Below are positions 1 through 10,912 of a DNA stretch of 64,000 bases, one piece after another. Source of the DNA: Batkoa obscura (Eukaryota). Location: positions 186,001 through 250,000 of the forward strand of contig JASVEC010000010.1 of the NCBI GenBank assembly GCA_030770535.1. Direction: 5' to 3'. Position 1 is the first letter of the stretch. Every line of letters starts with the position of its first letter. The notes under the pieces were generated by a model. It did not search any database, was not told the origin of the DNA, and saw only the letters and a program-made list of their open reading frames with translations. Both the position numbers and the translations under genes were made by a program.

Positions 1-290
1 AGTTGGGATTAAATCGATTAGAAAGTATGGTCCAATCAAACATAATTTTTTGAGATGTTTAATACTTAAAGGGTTAAGGGAATTGGATAGCTAAATAACT
101 CAATAGTTTATAGTCTTTCTAAATATAATTCAAGTGTGTAAGTTCCAAAACAATTGTTTATTTAGGAATTTATAAACATAAAATCGCCTATTTATATTAT
201 AAAATTTGTTAACACACTTTAAATGACATTTGGTAATGAAATAATAGTAGTGACATATGTTTAAATTCTAGGCTTTTATCTTCAACATGT

Positions 291-383
291 AGAGATGTTT
301 TTTTGATTTCATCATTTTTTTCATTTTGAGCATTGTTTGAGTGAAAATATTTTCTAGTATTTAAATACGTACTGAAAATACCC
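291..383 (+). mobile_element. ~98-bp MITE, degenerate copy
   Basis: GATGTTTTTTTGATTTCATCATTTTTTTCATTTTGAGCATTGTTTGAGTGAAAA matches the family consensus; ends decayed. Confidence 0.6.
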
Positions 384-490
384 TATTTTGTCTAGTTTTA
401 TTAGCATTTACTCAATTATTAAATAATTTTTGAATTAATATCTTTTTATGTTTGAGCTTCCTATAGCTTATATTGCGAACTGAATATATA

Positions 491-620
491 AAATAATTCT
501 GAAAGTTAGAGAGATGTAAATCTAATTCATAGAGCCATCAAATTATATGAACCATTGTCAGCGTGGATGGCACAGCCTAATAGCATTAGATTTATATCTT
601 TCTAACTTTTAAAATTATTT
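491..620. repeat. Inverted repeat / foldback hairpin (36-bp arms)
   Basis: Arms 491-526 and 585-620 are reverse complements with 4 mismatches; inner GCCATC/GATGGC can also pair. Confidence 0.8.
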
Positions 621-1008
621 TCTACTTCTGAAGTTAGGATCCGATATAATACTTTAATTATTATTCTCAAATAAATAATAAATCAATAAAATTTTAACTT
701 ATTCAATATAAATAAATAAGATATGGGGCTGTCCTAATTGGTTTCAGAATTTACTTAGAAATTAATCCAAATTTTAAAATTTTAAATTTGTGTCTAATAT
801 GACGGTTAAATCTAAAAAGCTTAAATTAAATGTCTCTATTTAAAACTTATTTTAATTGTTTCCTTTTCTTAAATAACTAATTTTCCTAATTATATGTTTT
901 ATGTTAGTTCTGTTAGATGTTTAACAGATACATAATATATAACTATATGATTATATAATTATACAAATACAGTTATTTGACTTTATTTTTTGTTGAAATA
1001 AAAATAAA

Positions 1009-1545
1009 ATGCAAACTTTCATAACTAAACTTCGAAATGGAATTTTTGAAAATTTCAATACAATAAGGAGGAGTACACAATATAAACATTGTAATTCATT
1101 TACATCAATTTTAAAAACTACTTATAACAACCCAAGGTTTATGGAATTTTATAATAAAACAAAACAAAGAAAAGATATATTATCAAAGTTTACTATCGAT
1201 AATAATAAACTTAATCAAGTAATGTATAAAATTAGTGCTTTAAGGGAAACAGGAAACAAAAGTCAGCAAGTAGCGTTATTATCAACTATAGCTTCAGTAT
1301 ATTCTTTTGATGAATGTAAGAGTTTTGGGTTTAATATAAACAGAAATCAATATGATTATTCAAAAACAAGTAATAATAATAAAATATCAACATTAAAACC
1401 TATTATTAAAAATACAAAAAAAATTAAAGATGACCAAATTGAAACTATCATACAATATTTACTAAATGATTCAACTATTTCATCAAGATTTAATAAAAAA
1501 AATAACGATAGTAAATATTCATCAGATAATATATATATTAAATAA
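1009..1545 (+). CDS. Transposase N-terminal part (ORF1), copy 1
   Basis: 178-aa ORF inside the TIR element, overlapping ORF2 in a different frame; 2 aa differences from copy 2. Confidence 0.65.
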   Translation: MQTFITKLRNGIFENFNTIRRSTQYKHCNSFTSILKTTYNNPRFMEFYNKTKQRKDILSKFTIDNNKLNQVMYKISALRETGNKSQQVALLSTIASVYSFDECKSFGFNINRNQYDYSKTSNNNKISTLKPIIKNTKKIKDDQIETIIQYLLNDSTISSRFNKKNNDSKYSSDNIYIK

Positions 1546-2656
1546 AAGTAGAAGAATGATATATAGTAAATATTTGAATGATCTAAGAGATAAAGCAGTA
1601 GCTAGGTCAACGTTCTTTAAATATATACCAAGTAATTTCAAAAATCCAGCAAGAAAAACGGATCTATGTAATATATGTACCCAGTATACAGTTAGAAAAA
1701 AGTTATTTGAAAATAAAATAAATACAGCAAAAAACAAAGCAGAGATACAAGAAATTTTCAATGAAGAAGAAAAATTATATAAATTACATAAATTTTGTGT
1801 TGATACTCAAAAAAACACATTTAATGAAACTATCAAAAAATTAAATAACAAAAGTTGTATAATAGTTTTAGATTTTAAACAAAATATGGAAATAGGGACA
1901 AGACCAGATTCAATAAATCTAGATCATTATAATAAACAAGCTATATCAGTATTAGGCTTTGGTGTATTATACTTAAAAGATGATAAAACAATAGGCAAAG
2001 TTTACTTCGACTATTTATCTGAAATATTGAATCATGATTCAGCATATGCAGGAGATTGTTTAATCAATTTGATCTCTACAGAGCTTCTATTTAAAAAGTT
2101 TACAAAAATTAATATATGGGCAGATACAGGAAATCATTTTAGATCCCAAGAGTTTCTACACTATATGTTTAAAGAAATTCATAAAATAAATAGTAGCTTG
2201 AATGTTAATCTTAATTTTTTTGCTGAGCATCATGGAAAAAGTATAGTTGATGGACATTTTGGAAACCTTTCAAAATGGAAAAGTAGTTTTGAAGCGTTAG
2301 GTAAAATAGAAGATATCGATCAATTAATCTCAAGATTTGAGGCTTTTATTTGCGAGCATAATAAAATTAATAACTCGACTCTTAATAATGGGAAAACAGA
2401 TATAACTTTTAAAAAGTATAAAAGAAACAAAAATACAAAAAGAATAATAGAGATGCAAGGTATTAAGAAGTATTTACACTTTATTAAACATAACAATAAA
2501 CTACATTGTTATCCAGTATCTGATACATCAAAAAAAAGCGATATAGTTCCAATTAAAGTTATAGAGTCTATAGAAAACAGAAAAATTAAAAGATCGATCC
2601 CAGCTTACCTTACGAAGATAACAGAGAATTTAAAAATTTCGATATTTACTAAGTAA
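1466..2656 (+). CDS. Transposase catalytic part (ORF2), Sola-like DDD, copy 1
   Basis: Motifs TDLCNIC..LH (putative Zn-binding), VLDFKQN, IWADTGNHF and FFAEHHGKSIVDGHFG give a plausible D-D-D RNase-H-fold triad. Confidence 0.8.
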   Translation: MIQLFHQDLIKKITIVNIHQIIYILNKSRRMIYSKYLNDLRDKAVARSTFFKYIPSNFKNPARKTDLCNICTQYTVRKKLFENKINTAKNKAEIQEIFNEEEKLYKLHKFCVDTQKNTFNETIKKLNNKSCIIVLDFKQNMEIGTRPDSINLDHYNKQAISVLGFGVLYLKDDKTIGKVYFDYLSEILNHDSAYAGDCLINLISTELLFKKFTKINIWADTGNHFRSQEFLHYMFKEIHKINSSLNVNLNFFAEHHGKSIVDGHFGNLSKWKSSFEALGKIEDIDQLISRFEAFICEHNKINNSTLNNGKTDITFKKYKRNKNTKRIIEMQGIKKYLHFIKHNNKLHCYPVSDTSKKSDIVPIKVIESIENRKIKRSIPAYLTKITENLKISIFTK

Positions 2657-3848
2657 GTAAGTAGTTTGTTGAATGATAGAAATAGATTGTTAAATGTTAA
2701 TATTACTTAAGTTATTAATAGTTAAGTTAATAAATAGTCAAAGAACAAGTAACTGTAATAATATGTAAAAACTATTATTACTTGTACTATATAGGGATAG
2801 TTAAGTATAGTTTTGGGGCTAACCACTCCCTCCCATACAGCTATTTATTAACTTGGCAATATATTGATAATGTAATTATAACATTAAAATAGTTTATTTA
2901 TTTGATAATAAATCTACAATGTTGGTTATAAAGCAGTTGATAATAAATATTTCTCAATTAAGCTTTATAAGAACATGTATTTAAGATCTAGTAGAAATTC
3001 AACTAGCTTACATTATAAACTATAATAGAATGATTTAGAGCTGTGTCTGGGTACTTTTGTTTTAATAAAAAATTTGATTTTATAGAATTTTAAGCGAAGT
3101 TTTTAAAATACAATTTTTTTTAAAAATTGGATAAAATAATGAAACTAATTCAGACAACTCCATATCGAGAACAAGCTAAAATAACCCAAAATTATATTGA
3201 ACGTAAAAATATTGAATTATTGCTATATCTTTTAAAAAAATAAAGAAAGAACTTTGCAAGTTCTGTGAAGTAATTATAAAATTTAAGCATTTTATAATAA
3301 TAAACATAATTGAGTTTATAATCGCATATCGCTATTAGGTTTTAAAGTATGATGGCCATAATAACATAGCTCATTGTAAAATTATTTTGAATATATTTTC
3401 AGATTTCAATACCTTTGACTTCTATTTTTTATCAAATTAATTAGAATCCAATTTTTGCAAAACATTTAAAATGCTCATAATATGGGAATTAAAATCCTTT
3501 AAAAAAGAAGACTAATGAGTTGAGCAGTGAGTCATAGTGAGATTTTGGTTATAGCAATTAGAATCTAAGTTTTGTGGAAATAAAAGAATATTAATTTGAC
3601 TAAAGGGACTTTGTAGGTTATTTATTCAAGTTTATACGTAATTTTAATATCTATCGATGTGATGAAAAGCAAGGTGAGACACATAAATTCAAATATAACA
3701 TAATTATTTAGATTCAATTATGAACTCTTTGGACTTTTACAATTATTAGTTGAACAAATGTAAGCACTTTTTCTCATCTAGATATTCTATTCATTTTCAA
3801 TTGAACTCAAGTTTAAAAAACTTATAATAAAAAAACAGATTTACAAAT

Positions 3849-3941
3849 GGGAGTGTATTTTCGTGTTTAAGAAATTTACAATTTTCCCGCTTACATAGTG
3901 CTTAAAGGATGGAAAAAGTAATGAAGCAAAAAAATATTCCC
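3849..3941 (-). mobile_element. ~98-bp MITE
   Basis: GGGAGTGTATTTTCGTGTTTAAG...AATGAAGCAAAAAAATATTCCC. Confidence 0.8.
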
Positions 3942-4293
3942 AATGTTAAATTGAACTTTTTTTAATGGCAGTGCTTTAAAACTTACATATTATAATATAT
4001 TAAGCTAATAATAAATTTATAACTAAACTATGTTATTGTAAAAATAAGTCAATATTGATTCTGCCTTATTTTCTAAAAATAAAATTTCTAAATATAGTAT
4101 ACAGCGTAATATTGAGTAAAAAAATATTAAGATTGATAAATTTAAAAGAACCTTTATTCTAATAAACAAAATAAATTGATCTATATAGAATATTCAAATT
4201 TTTTTGATGTAATTAACAATATACTTTTAAGTAACTACTTTTAAATAAAAAAATATTTAAAGTGGATGAAAATTTAAAGATCAAACTAAAAAA

Positions 4294-5727
4294 ATGAATA
4301 TTAGATTATTTCAAATTTCTACACTACTTATTTCCACAATGGCTGAGCCATATTATGGCTCCTTAAAACTTGATGACAATGTATTAAACAAATTCCGAAT
4401 CTCGAGAAGTGATGCTGGCTCAACTGAATATTGGTTTAATCAAACATTAACTCATCATGGTGACCCAGATAGTAACCAATTTTGGAAGCAAAGATACTTT
4501 GTAAATGATCAATACTATAAACCAGGCGGGCCTGCTTTTCTTTTTGTTGGTGGTGAAAGTGAATTGACCGAGAGCTGGGCTCAATATTCGCTTTTAGCTA
4601 AATCAGCTGAAGAGCATAATGGTATTGTGTATGCTTTAGAGCATCGATTTTATGGCAAATCGTACCCTAAGCCTGATTTGACCCTTGATAGCTTAAAATA
4701 TCTTACTTCAGATTTAGCTCTTGGTGACTTAGCTCGATTTGCTTTAAACATTGAATTGCCTCAATCTAATTCCAATAAGACTGATAGATCTCCTACAAAA
4801 TGGATCATTGGCGGAGGAAGCTATCCTGGAAACCTTGCTGCTTGGGCGCGTTTGAAGTACCCAGATGTGTTTTATGGGGCAGTTGCATCTTCTGCACCAG
4901 TTGAAGCAAAAGAAGATTTTTATGAGTATGACTTACAAGCTCAAAAGTCATTCGCTATAAACGGTGAACAAGGATGTTTAGATTATTATCTAGAAAACAT
5001 CAAAGCAATTGATGATGTACTATTTAGTGGTGATAAAGTTAAATCTGAAGCTTTAAAAGCTATGTTTAATTGTGGTGATGTTGATGATAAATACTTTGCT
5101 AATAGTTTAGGTTATATTGTTGGTATTGTTCAAGATAATGATAACACTAACTTAAAAATTGCAAAGCATTGTGAATCATTATATTTAAATGGAACAAAAG
5201 CTGAAAGATTAAATGATTTTGCAACAAATTTCAAAAAATACCTTGGAAATAGTACATGTAAAGACTTTAGCGATTATTCCTATTTTAGTTCTACTGAGCA
5301 ACCAGCTCCTACTGAGTATAATCGTCAATGGCTTTATCAATCTTGCAATGAGTTTGGTTACTGGCAAGTGGCCCCACCAAAAAACTTTCCAACTATGAAA
5401 TCCCGCCTTTTAGATGTTGCTTTTAACGAAAAATCACTTTGCAATGATATCTTTGGACCTGGAGGACCTGAACATCCAGATATTGATGAAACTAATAACA
5501 AATATCTTGGAAAAAATATCGAAATTGATAACTTATTATTTGTTAATGGCGAACTTGATCCATGGACTCCGCTTTCTATTACTAATTCAACAGTCAAGTT
5601 ATCCTCCATAGTTATTAAAGGGGCTGCGCATTGCGCTGATTTGACTTATCCATATCCAACTGATACAAAATATGTTGCAGAAGCAAAAGAGAAGGTTCTT
5701 GACTTTATCAGAAATATTCTAAAATAA
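4294..5727 (+). CDS. Secreted serine peptidase, family S28 (prolylcarboxypeptidase-like)
   Basis: Signal-like N-terminus; FNQTLTH, FWKQRYFVN, LEHRFYGKS, GGSYPG (catalytic Ser), NGELDPW, AAHCADL; intronless 477 aa. Confidence 0.95.
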   Translation: MNIRLFQISTLLISTMAEPYYGSLKLDDNVLNKFRISRSDAGSTEYWFNQTLTHHGDPDSNQFWKQRYFVNDQYYKPGGPAFLFVGGESELTESWAQYSLLAKSAEEHNGIVYALEHRFYGKSYPKPDLTLDSLKYLTSDLALGDLARFALNIELPQSNSNKTDRSPTKWIIGGGSYPGNLAAWARLKYPDVFYGAVASSAPVEAKEDFYEYDLQAQKSFAINGEQGCLDYYLENIKAIDDVLFSGDKVKSEALKAMFNCGDVDDKYFANSLGYIVGIVQDNDNTNLKIAKHCESLYLNGTKAERLNDFATNFKKYLGNSTCKDFSDYSYFSSTEQPAPTEYNRQWLYQSCNEFGYWQVAPPKNFPTMKSRLLDVAFNEKSLCNDIFGPGGPEHPDIDETNNKYLGKNIEIDNLLFVNGELDPWTPLSITNSTVKLSSIVIKGAAHCADLTYPYPTDTKYVAEAKEKVLDFIRNILK

Positions 5728-5796
5728 ATAAAACAAAGCTATATGCGCTAATTCTTTATTAAACTTTGTGAAGGAACTAACCAGTATTATTTGAAA

Positions 5797-5826
5797 TAGT
5801 ATTATAGTATTATAGTATTATAGTAT
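5797..5826. repeat. Short tandem repeat (TAGTATTA)n
   Basis: About 3.5 copies of an 8-bp unit. Confidence 0.7.
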
Positions 5827-6785
5827 CATGGTGTTATTTCTGTGCTTTAAAAGTAGTCAGTGGTATTAATTATAGCTTCAGCAATCTCATACTTCCATTT
5901 TTTATATAATTAAAAAAGTAAAGCTCGACTTTTTATATTTTAATTTGAATGATACTATGAAAGGCCTTATGAATTATTAATACGATTAAAAATGCTTTAT
6001 TTGTTTTACAAAATATATTTTATAAAAATTAAATAGTAATCTACTATTCCTTTGTTTGGTTGATTTTTGGAAAAATACTATCTACAAATAATAACAATCA
6101 ATTAAAAAAACCTTATGGTATAGAAAAGAAAACCATAATATAGCTAAAAACTTCTATTTCAATTTCGCTCGTTAATTTTAGAGGCTACCAGGAAAAACAT
6201 AAGCATATACAATGTTTAACTTGCTAATAGCATTAGTGAATAAATAAGTAGCTCAATATGCGCTATATATCATAGTGTTGAACAACTAATTCTTCTGGCT
6301 CCTTCAAAACTACTTACCATATATTTTTATTATTGAATAATAATTGGTTGCTATTATTTAATTAGACGTATAGATGTAGCAGAGGGTGGTGAGCTAACTT
6401 TAGAAACTAATGTCCATATAATTCTGTCTCATTTTATAATAAACTCATATATTTTGATTGACTTCATTTTATTCAATACCATTGGTAATTTACATAAAAC
6501 CATTGAAAGTGGCAATATTATAATATGATTTGATAACCTTAGATCTTATTATATAAACAATAAGGATACTATATAAATAGTCAAGGCATAAAATATTTAT
6601 CACAATATAGAAATTATTAATATCCATAAGGGAATTTTGCACATTTTTGATGCTAAAGTAATAAAGATGATTTTAATATAGGAACACATTTGCCTATTGA
6701 TATGCTATCGTCTAATTTTAAGCTATATAACCTACCATTCAATCTCTTCTTCTATTTTTTATCTTATTAAGTGATACTTTATCGA

Positions 6786-7609
6786 ATGGTATATTTCTCT
6801 TATCTTAGAGCTTTAACAATGCTACTATAAAAATACTCATAAACTTTTATGGACCCCTTTTCTTCACCTCTTGTGCAATAAACTCAAGCTATACCTCTAT
6901 TATTTGAAAAACATTCCCATGAGGACTTAAAACATGAATACCATATATATCCTTAGTATTAAACCCGGGGTTTCTTTTGAAACCAAACAAACTAACTCTT
7001 GTTTCTTATCGTGCTTCATTAACTGCTCAAAATTGGGTTACTAATTTCGAATATCCCATGGTTGATTTACCTACTGCAAAAGAGGGTGTGAAAGTACATC
7101 ATGGGTTTTATTCCAATTACCTTTCCAGCTATTTCCCTGTACGTAATGCTGTTATTGAATTACTTGATAATCCTATATACAAAAATTTTACGCTACATAT
7201 AACTGGATATAGTCTAGGAGCTTCAACTGCAACAATCTCTCTTCCAGATTGGGTTTCTCTTCTTAAATCAAGGTATGATCATAGAAAGATAGAAGCCTAT
7301 GCTTACGCTTCTCCTCGTCCAGGAAATGAAGGATTTGCCCAATATATTGCAGATTTGAATGTACCAATAACTAGATACTCTAATAGGAATGATGTTGTTC
7401 CTCAACTTGGACCAAGGTCTGGCGGCTTTGTCCATGCTGCACCAGAAATTCATGAAAGATATATTGGATTTGGTAGAACCGAACTAATTGAATGTAGCCA
7501 GGAGTATGATGAAGATCCAAATTGTGGTTATAAAGAAAACTTCCCAGTGTCATTAGCTATGCATTTGGCACCTTTAAATGGATTAATACCCTTACCCCCT
7601 TACTGCTAA
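6786..7609 (+). pseudogene. Class 3 (fungal) lipase: intact 3' catalytic part (6977-7609), disrupted 5' part
   Basis: SYRAS lid region, KVHHGF, TGYSLG nucleophile, SPRPGN, NDVVP, C-terminal His. No in-frame ATG or signal peptide; upstream sequence has stops and frameshifts. Confidence 0.7.
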
Positions 7610-7709
7610 TTAATAAATAACTTTAATTTTTTAAAAACAATTGGTAGAGCTTTATTAGTTTTCTTATTATCTTTAATCACTTTAATATGTGACTTTAAGA
7701 TAAAAATAT

Positions 7710-7808
7710 GTAGATGTTTTTTTTGATTTCATTATTTTTTTTCATTTTTTAAGCGGTATTTAAGTGGGAAGATTGTTAGTAAAGTTCTTGAACAAAAAAT
7801 ACATACCC
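7710..7808 (+). mobile_element. ~98-bp MITE
   Basis: Consensus match; ATAT on both sides. Confidence 0.85.
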
Positions 7809-8469
7809 ATATGGTTATAATTTTATAAACCAAAAAGTGCCTGTATTTGAAAGTTTACGATTTTTAAAGAAGGTATCGATTAGCCTAGATTTGATTTTAT
7901 ACTATCATAGCTGAAAGAAATCATGTCTCCTGTTGATATAAAAATTATTTGATAAACCCATTTTTTAGCTTTTGACACAAAACTCCTCCTTATTAAGATA
8001 GGTTGAAATGACAATATCATTATTGGCTTTATAGGCTATTAGCCAAAAGTAGTTCATTTTTAAAGACTTAGCCGCAATAAAAGTTACCGTTAATAATTAA
8101 TTATACTGTGTTTAATCTATACAATGAAACATAAGTACGCTATGTATCAGAGAAGATTAGGTGTATAAGTATTTGTTAATAAAACTATGTTTTGAGTAAA
8201 CTTTAACTGTTTTTGATTTTTTCAATATTATTTTGTCGATTTATCATAACATTTAAAAGTACTATTAATTATCATAATAATTTTTTTTGAAAACAAATTG
8301 ATTGGGAAAATAACAATTATAACAATTTATCATGTGGGATTCATTTTAAGTCAATCAAATCTAATAAATTATCTCAATCTGCCCTTATGTATATTTCAAA
8401 TTACATACCACAAAAAAACAAGTTAAGATCCTTTAAAAGCACAGCAGCAAGTGAACATGGAGTATAATC

Positions 8470-10143
8470 GAGTCTTACGGCTTAGCTGAAAGCGTGCTAC
8501 ATATCTAATAATGTCCGATTTTGGATCATAGGCCATCTATAAATTGTTTGATGCTAAAATAGAATGGTCTGAATCCTTTCCAATTTTTTCTTCTCCTATT
8601 TCTGAATATACCTTTAACCATTGATACGTATGCGCTGTAACCAATTCAACAAATAGAGAACTTTTCAATGGAGGATATTTACACTCAAATATTTCCAAAT
8701 GTTTGTTAATATTGCCGATAATTTTTTTCCACTTTCAATGTAATCAACATTGGGAGTTTTATCTTCAACAGGAAGGATTTATGATAGTTACTCATGATAT
8801 AATAGATCAAATGATGATACAGCGTTTATTTCAAGGAATACTGCTCATTTAAATATGTTATTTTCCTCTCAATTAGATTTTCTTTTTCTTTTGTAAGTGA
8901 CATCTCTGCACTTTTCATCTTTTTAAGCTCCAATAACTTACTCACATCAGGTTTTAATACTATGCTATAACTTTTATAACACATATCGGATCCTTTAACA
9001 CATTTCTCCTTTAATAAATTCTCTTTTTTACAGTTTGGACAATAAGGTAATTCTAAAGGATCGATACCTTATGGCTTGATTATAAAATTACCAATTTCGA
9101 TAAAATATAAAAAAGTATTTATGACCTTTCTTTTTATATCTTCTAAACACAATTTATATTTCAATCAAAATAGTAATTTCAAAGTTACTATTTGGGGATG
9201 TTTTTTTGTCTTCATTACCTTTTCCATTTTTAGGCACTACTTAAGTGGAAAGACTATTAGCAAAATTCTTAAACGAAAGAATACATCCCCATTTTCTAAC
9301 TAAAGATCTTTATCATACAGGTTCAAAATATGAAATTGTAATTTGTTATTTAATTAATTATCAATTAATAATTTTAAGATCAATTTAATACTCATGAAAA
9401 TTACGGCAGTATTAGGATTGGAATCATAATTAATTAAAGAAGCTATAAAATAACAATCAATGTCCATACTTTGTTGTTCAGCATCATTAATAATTAAGCT
9501 ATTAAATTTAATTCCCGACTAAAAACCAAGGAGATCAGGAGGTCTTCATATATATTTATAACACTAATTGATATGTGACTATCATAAGTTGATATATCAT
9601 ATCAATTTTCATCTCATTCCTTTAGTTCATGATGTTTTAATTCAAAAAATAGCTTCTTTTTATCTTCATTAAGGTTTAATAGTCGATTAGATAGTAAAAT
9701 ATTGATTTATAATAACTCTTCAAGTCCTTTAAATTTTTTATACTCTTTATTGTGGCATCATTTCTAGTCATTGATTTGATATTCCTTATTACAATACTTC
9801 ACTTTTTTACAACTGGCATATTGTCTAAGTTCCTTAATAATTGGGAAATCTTTATCTACTCTTTCACATGATATGGATTCATACTTTACTTAAATAACTA
9901 TTACATCATCCAGTTATCTTATATTTATGTAAAATGCTCACTAATGCTTCTTCAAATAATAATGTATATTTAATAACATCAAATTATTGTATAAATCAAA
10001 TTTACTGAAGATTTGAATTTAGCTTGTTTCAATTAATTGGCATGTAAACTATAGCCTTTTATTTTATTATGCCTTAAAGTTAACTTATCCTTTAGTTTTT
10101 CTTGCACTATTTTGATCCTTTTTAGACTAAGTTGATTTCGCAT
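8470..10143 (-). pseudogene. SMYD (SET-MYND) pseudogene A
   Basis: Begins MRNQLSLKRIKIVQEKLKDKLTLRHNKIKGYSLH vs MRAQLSSKSINIIEEKLRDKLTLKYDNIKGYSLH in the intact gene. Retains CKKVKYC and IDPLEL..C.NC relics, with stops, frameshifts and a MITE insertion. Confidence 0.88.
9194..9290 (+). mobile_element. ~98-bp MITE inserted in SMYD pseudogene
   Basis: GGGGATG...CATCCCC with ATTT TSD on both sides. Confidence 0.9.
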
Positions 10144-10912
10144 TGGATCGAACATTGATACTAAAAAGAATAAAAGATATAACTAATTTTCATTATTTTT
10201 TATAAAAAATGGTAATAAACTCGTTGACTTGAATCAAAATTTGAGCTTGAATATACATTAGCTTCTAATTTGAGCACAATAGCAGTAATAACCACAGTTG
10301 AAAAAATAAGATAAAAGCTAGTGAACATGAAAAATCACTTCAAAGAACTCTATAAAATAGAACTTTACATAATATGAGTATTAAACAAATAGCTATTGGC
10401 CTTAATTTCATAAACTTTTACCCATTTCAATAAAGACAAATCTATTCCAAATTTACACTTAATGGCGTTAATACTTTACTAGCATAAATCCAGTCTTCTA
10501 TTTGAGGTCTGAAATTTAGGTTCCATAATTTTAATTCACATTGCAATATGAAAGTTGTATTAAATTTAGCAAAGATGCTATTGATATTGAAAATACCAGT
10601 CCTCATAATTGAATTAGACTAGACTAGCATTAATATCAAGGTTAGGGTTTAAAGGTATAATATTAATAAAATATATTAGAATATGATCCAATATTTGAAC
10701 AAACAATATTAATTAAAAATCAAACTTATTTCAAAATATTAACTATAAATTAACATTACTATTATTTTACTTTATACCTTTATTTTAATTAGATTAATAA
10801 CCTTTTTAAAAATCGATTAATATATTGTCATCTATATTTCAAATTATACATTTCGAAAGGGTGCTTTGGTTTCTTTTTAATGCTGTATAACATCAAGCCT
10901 TAAAATTTTAGA

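Larger units (their letters stand above)
725..3161 (+). mobile_element. Sola-like DDD TIR DNA transposon, copy 1 (~2.44 kb)
   Basis: Imperfect ~21-bp TIRs GGGGCTGTCCTAATTGGTTTC ... GAAACTAATTCAGACAACTCC, flanked on both sides by ATAT (721-724, 3162-3165). Near-identical inverted copy at 38205-40667 has unrelated flanks. Encodes split transposase. Confidence 0.88.

Noticed and set aside
1511..1566. An intron removing the transposase frameshift
   Set aside because: From the GTAAAT donor at 1511, the nearby AG acceptors give lengths of 15, 38, 41, 44 and 56 nt; a length of 1 mod 3 is required.
725..3161. Fanzor/TnpB or other RNA-guided cargo in the transposon
   Set aside because: No extra ORF or RuvC-like motifs seen; the ~500 bp 3' of ORF2 has no long ORF or evident structured RNA.
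9076..9303. Short ORFs overlapping MITEs (also 20810-20998, 36438-36620, 37990-38286, 41744-41935, 59358-59555)
   Set aside because: Their shared WGCFF..FKRYLSGK text is simply the translated MITE; there is no evidence of coding function.
10200..10640. Possible decayed membrane-protein gene on the minus strand (similar coding-like relics at 6060-6420 and 34600-35560)
   Set aside because: Only short fragments between stops and no family recognisable by eye; needs BLASTX.
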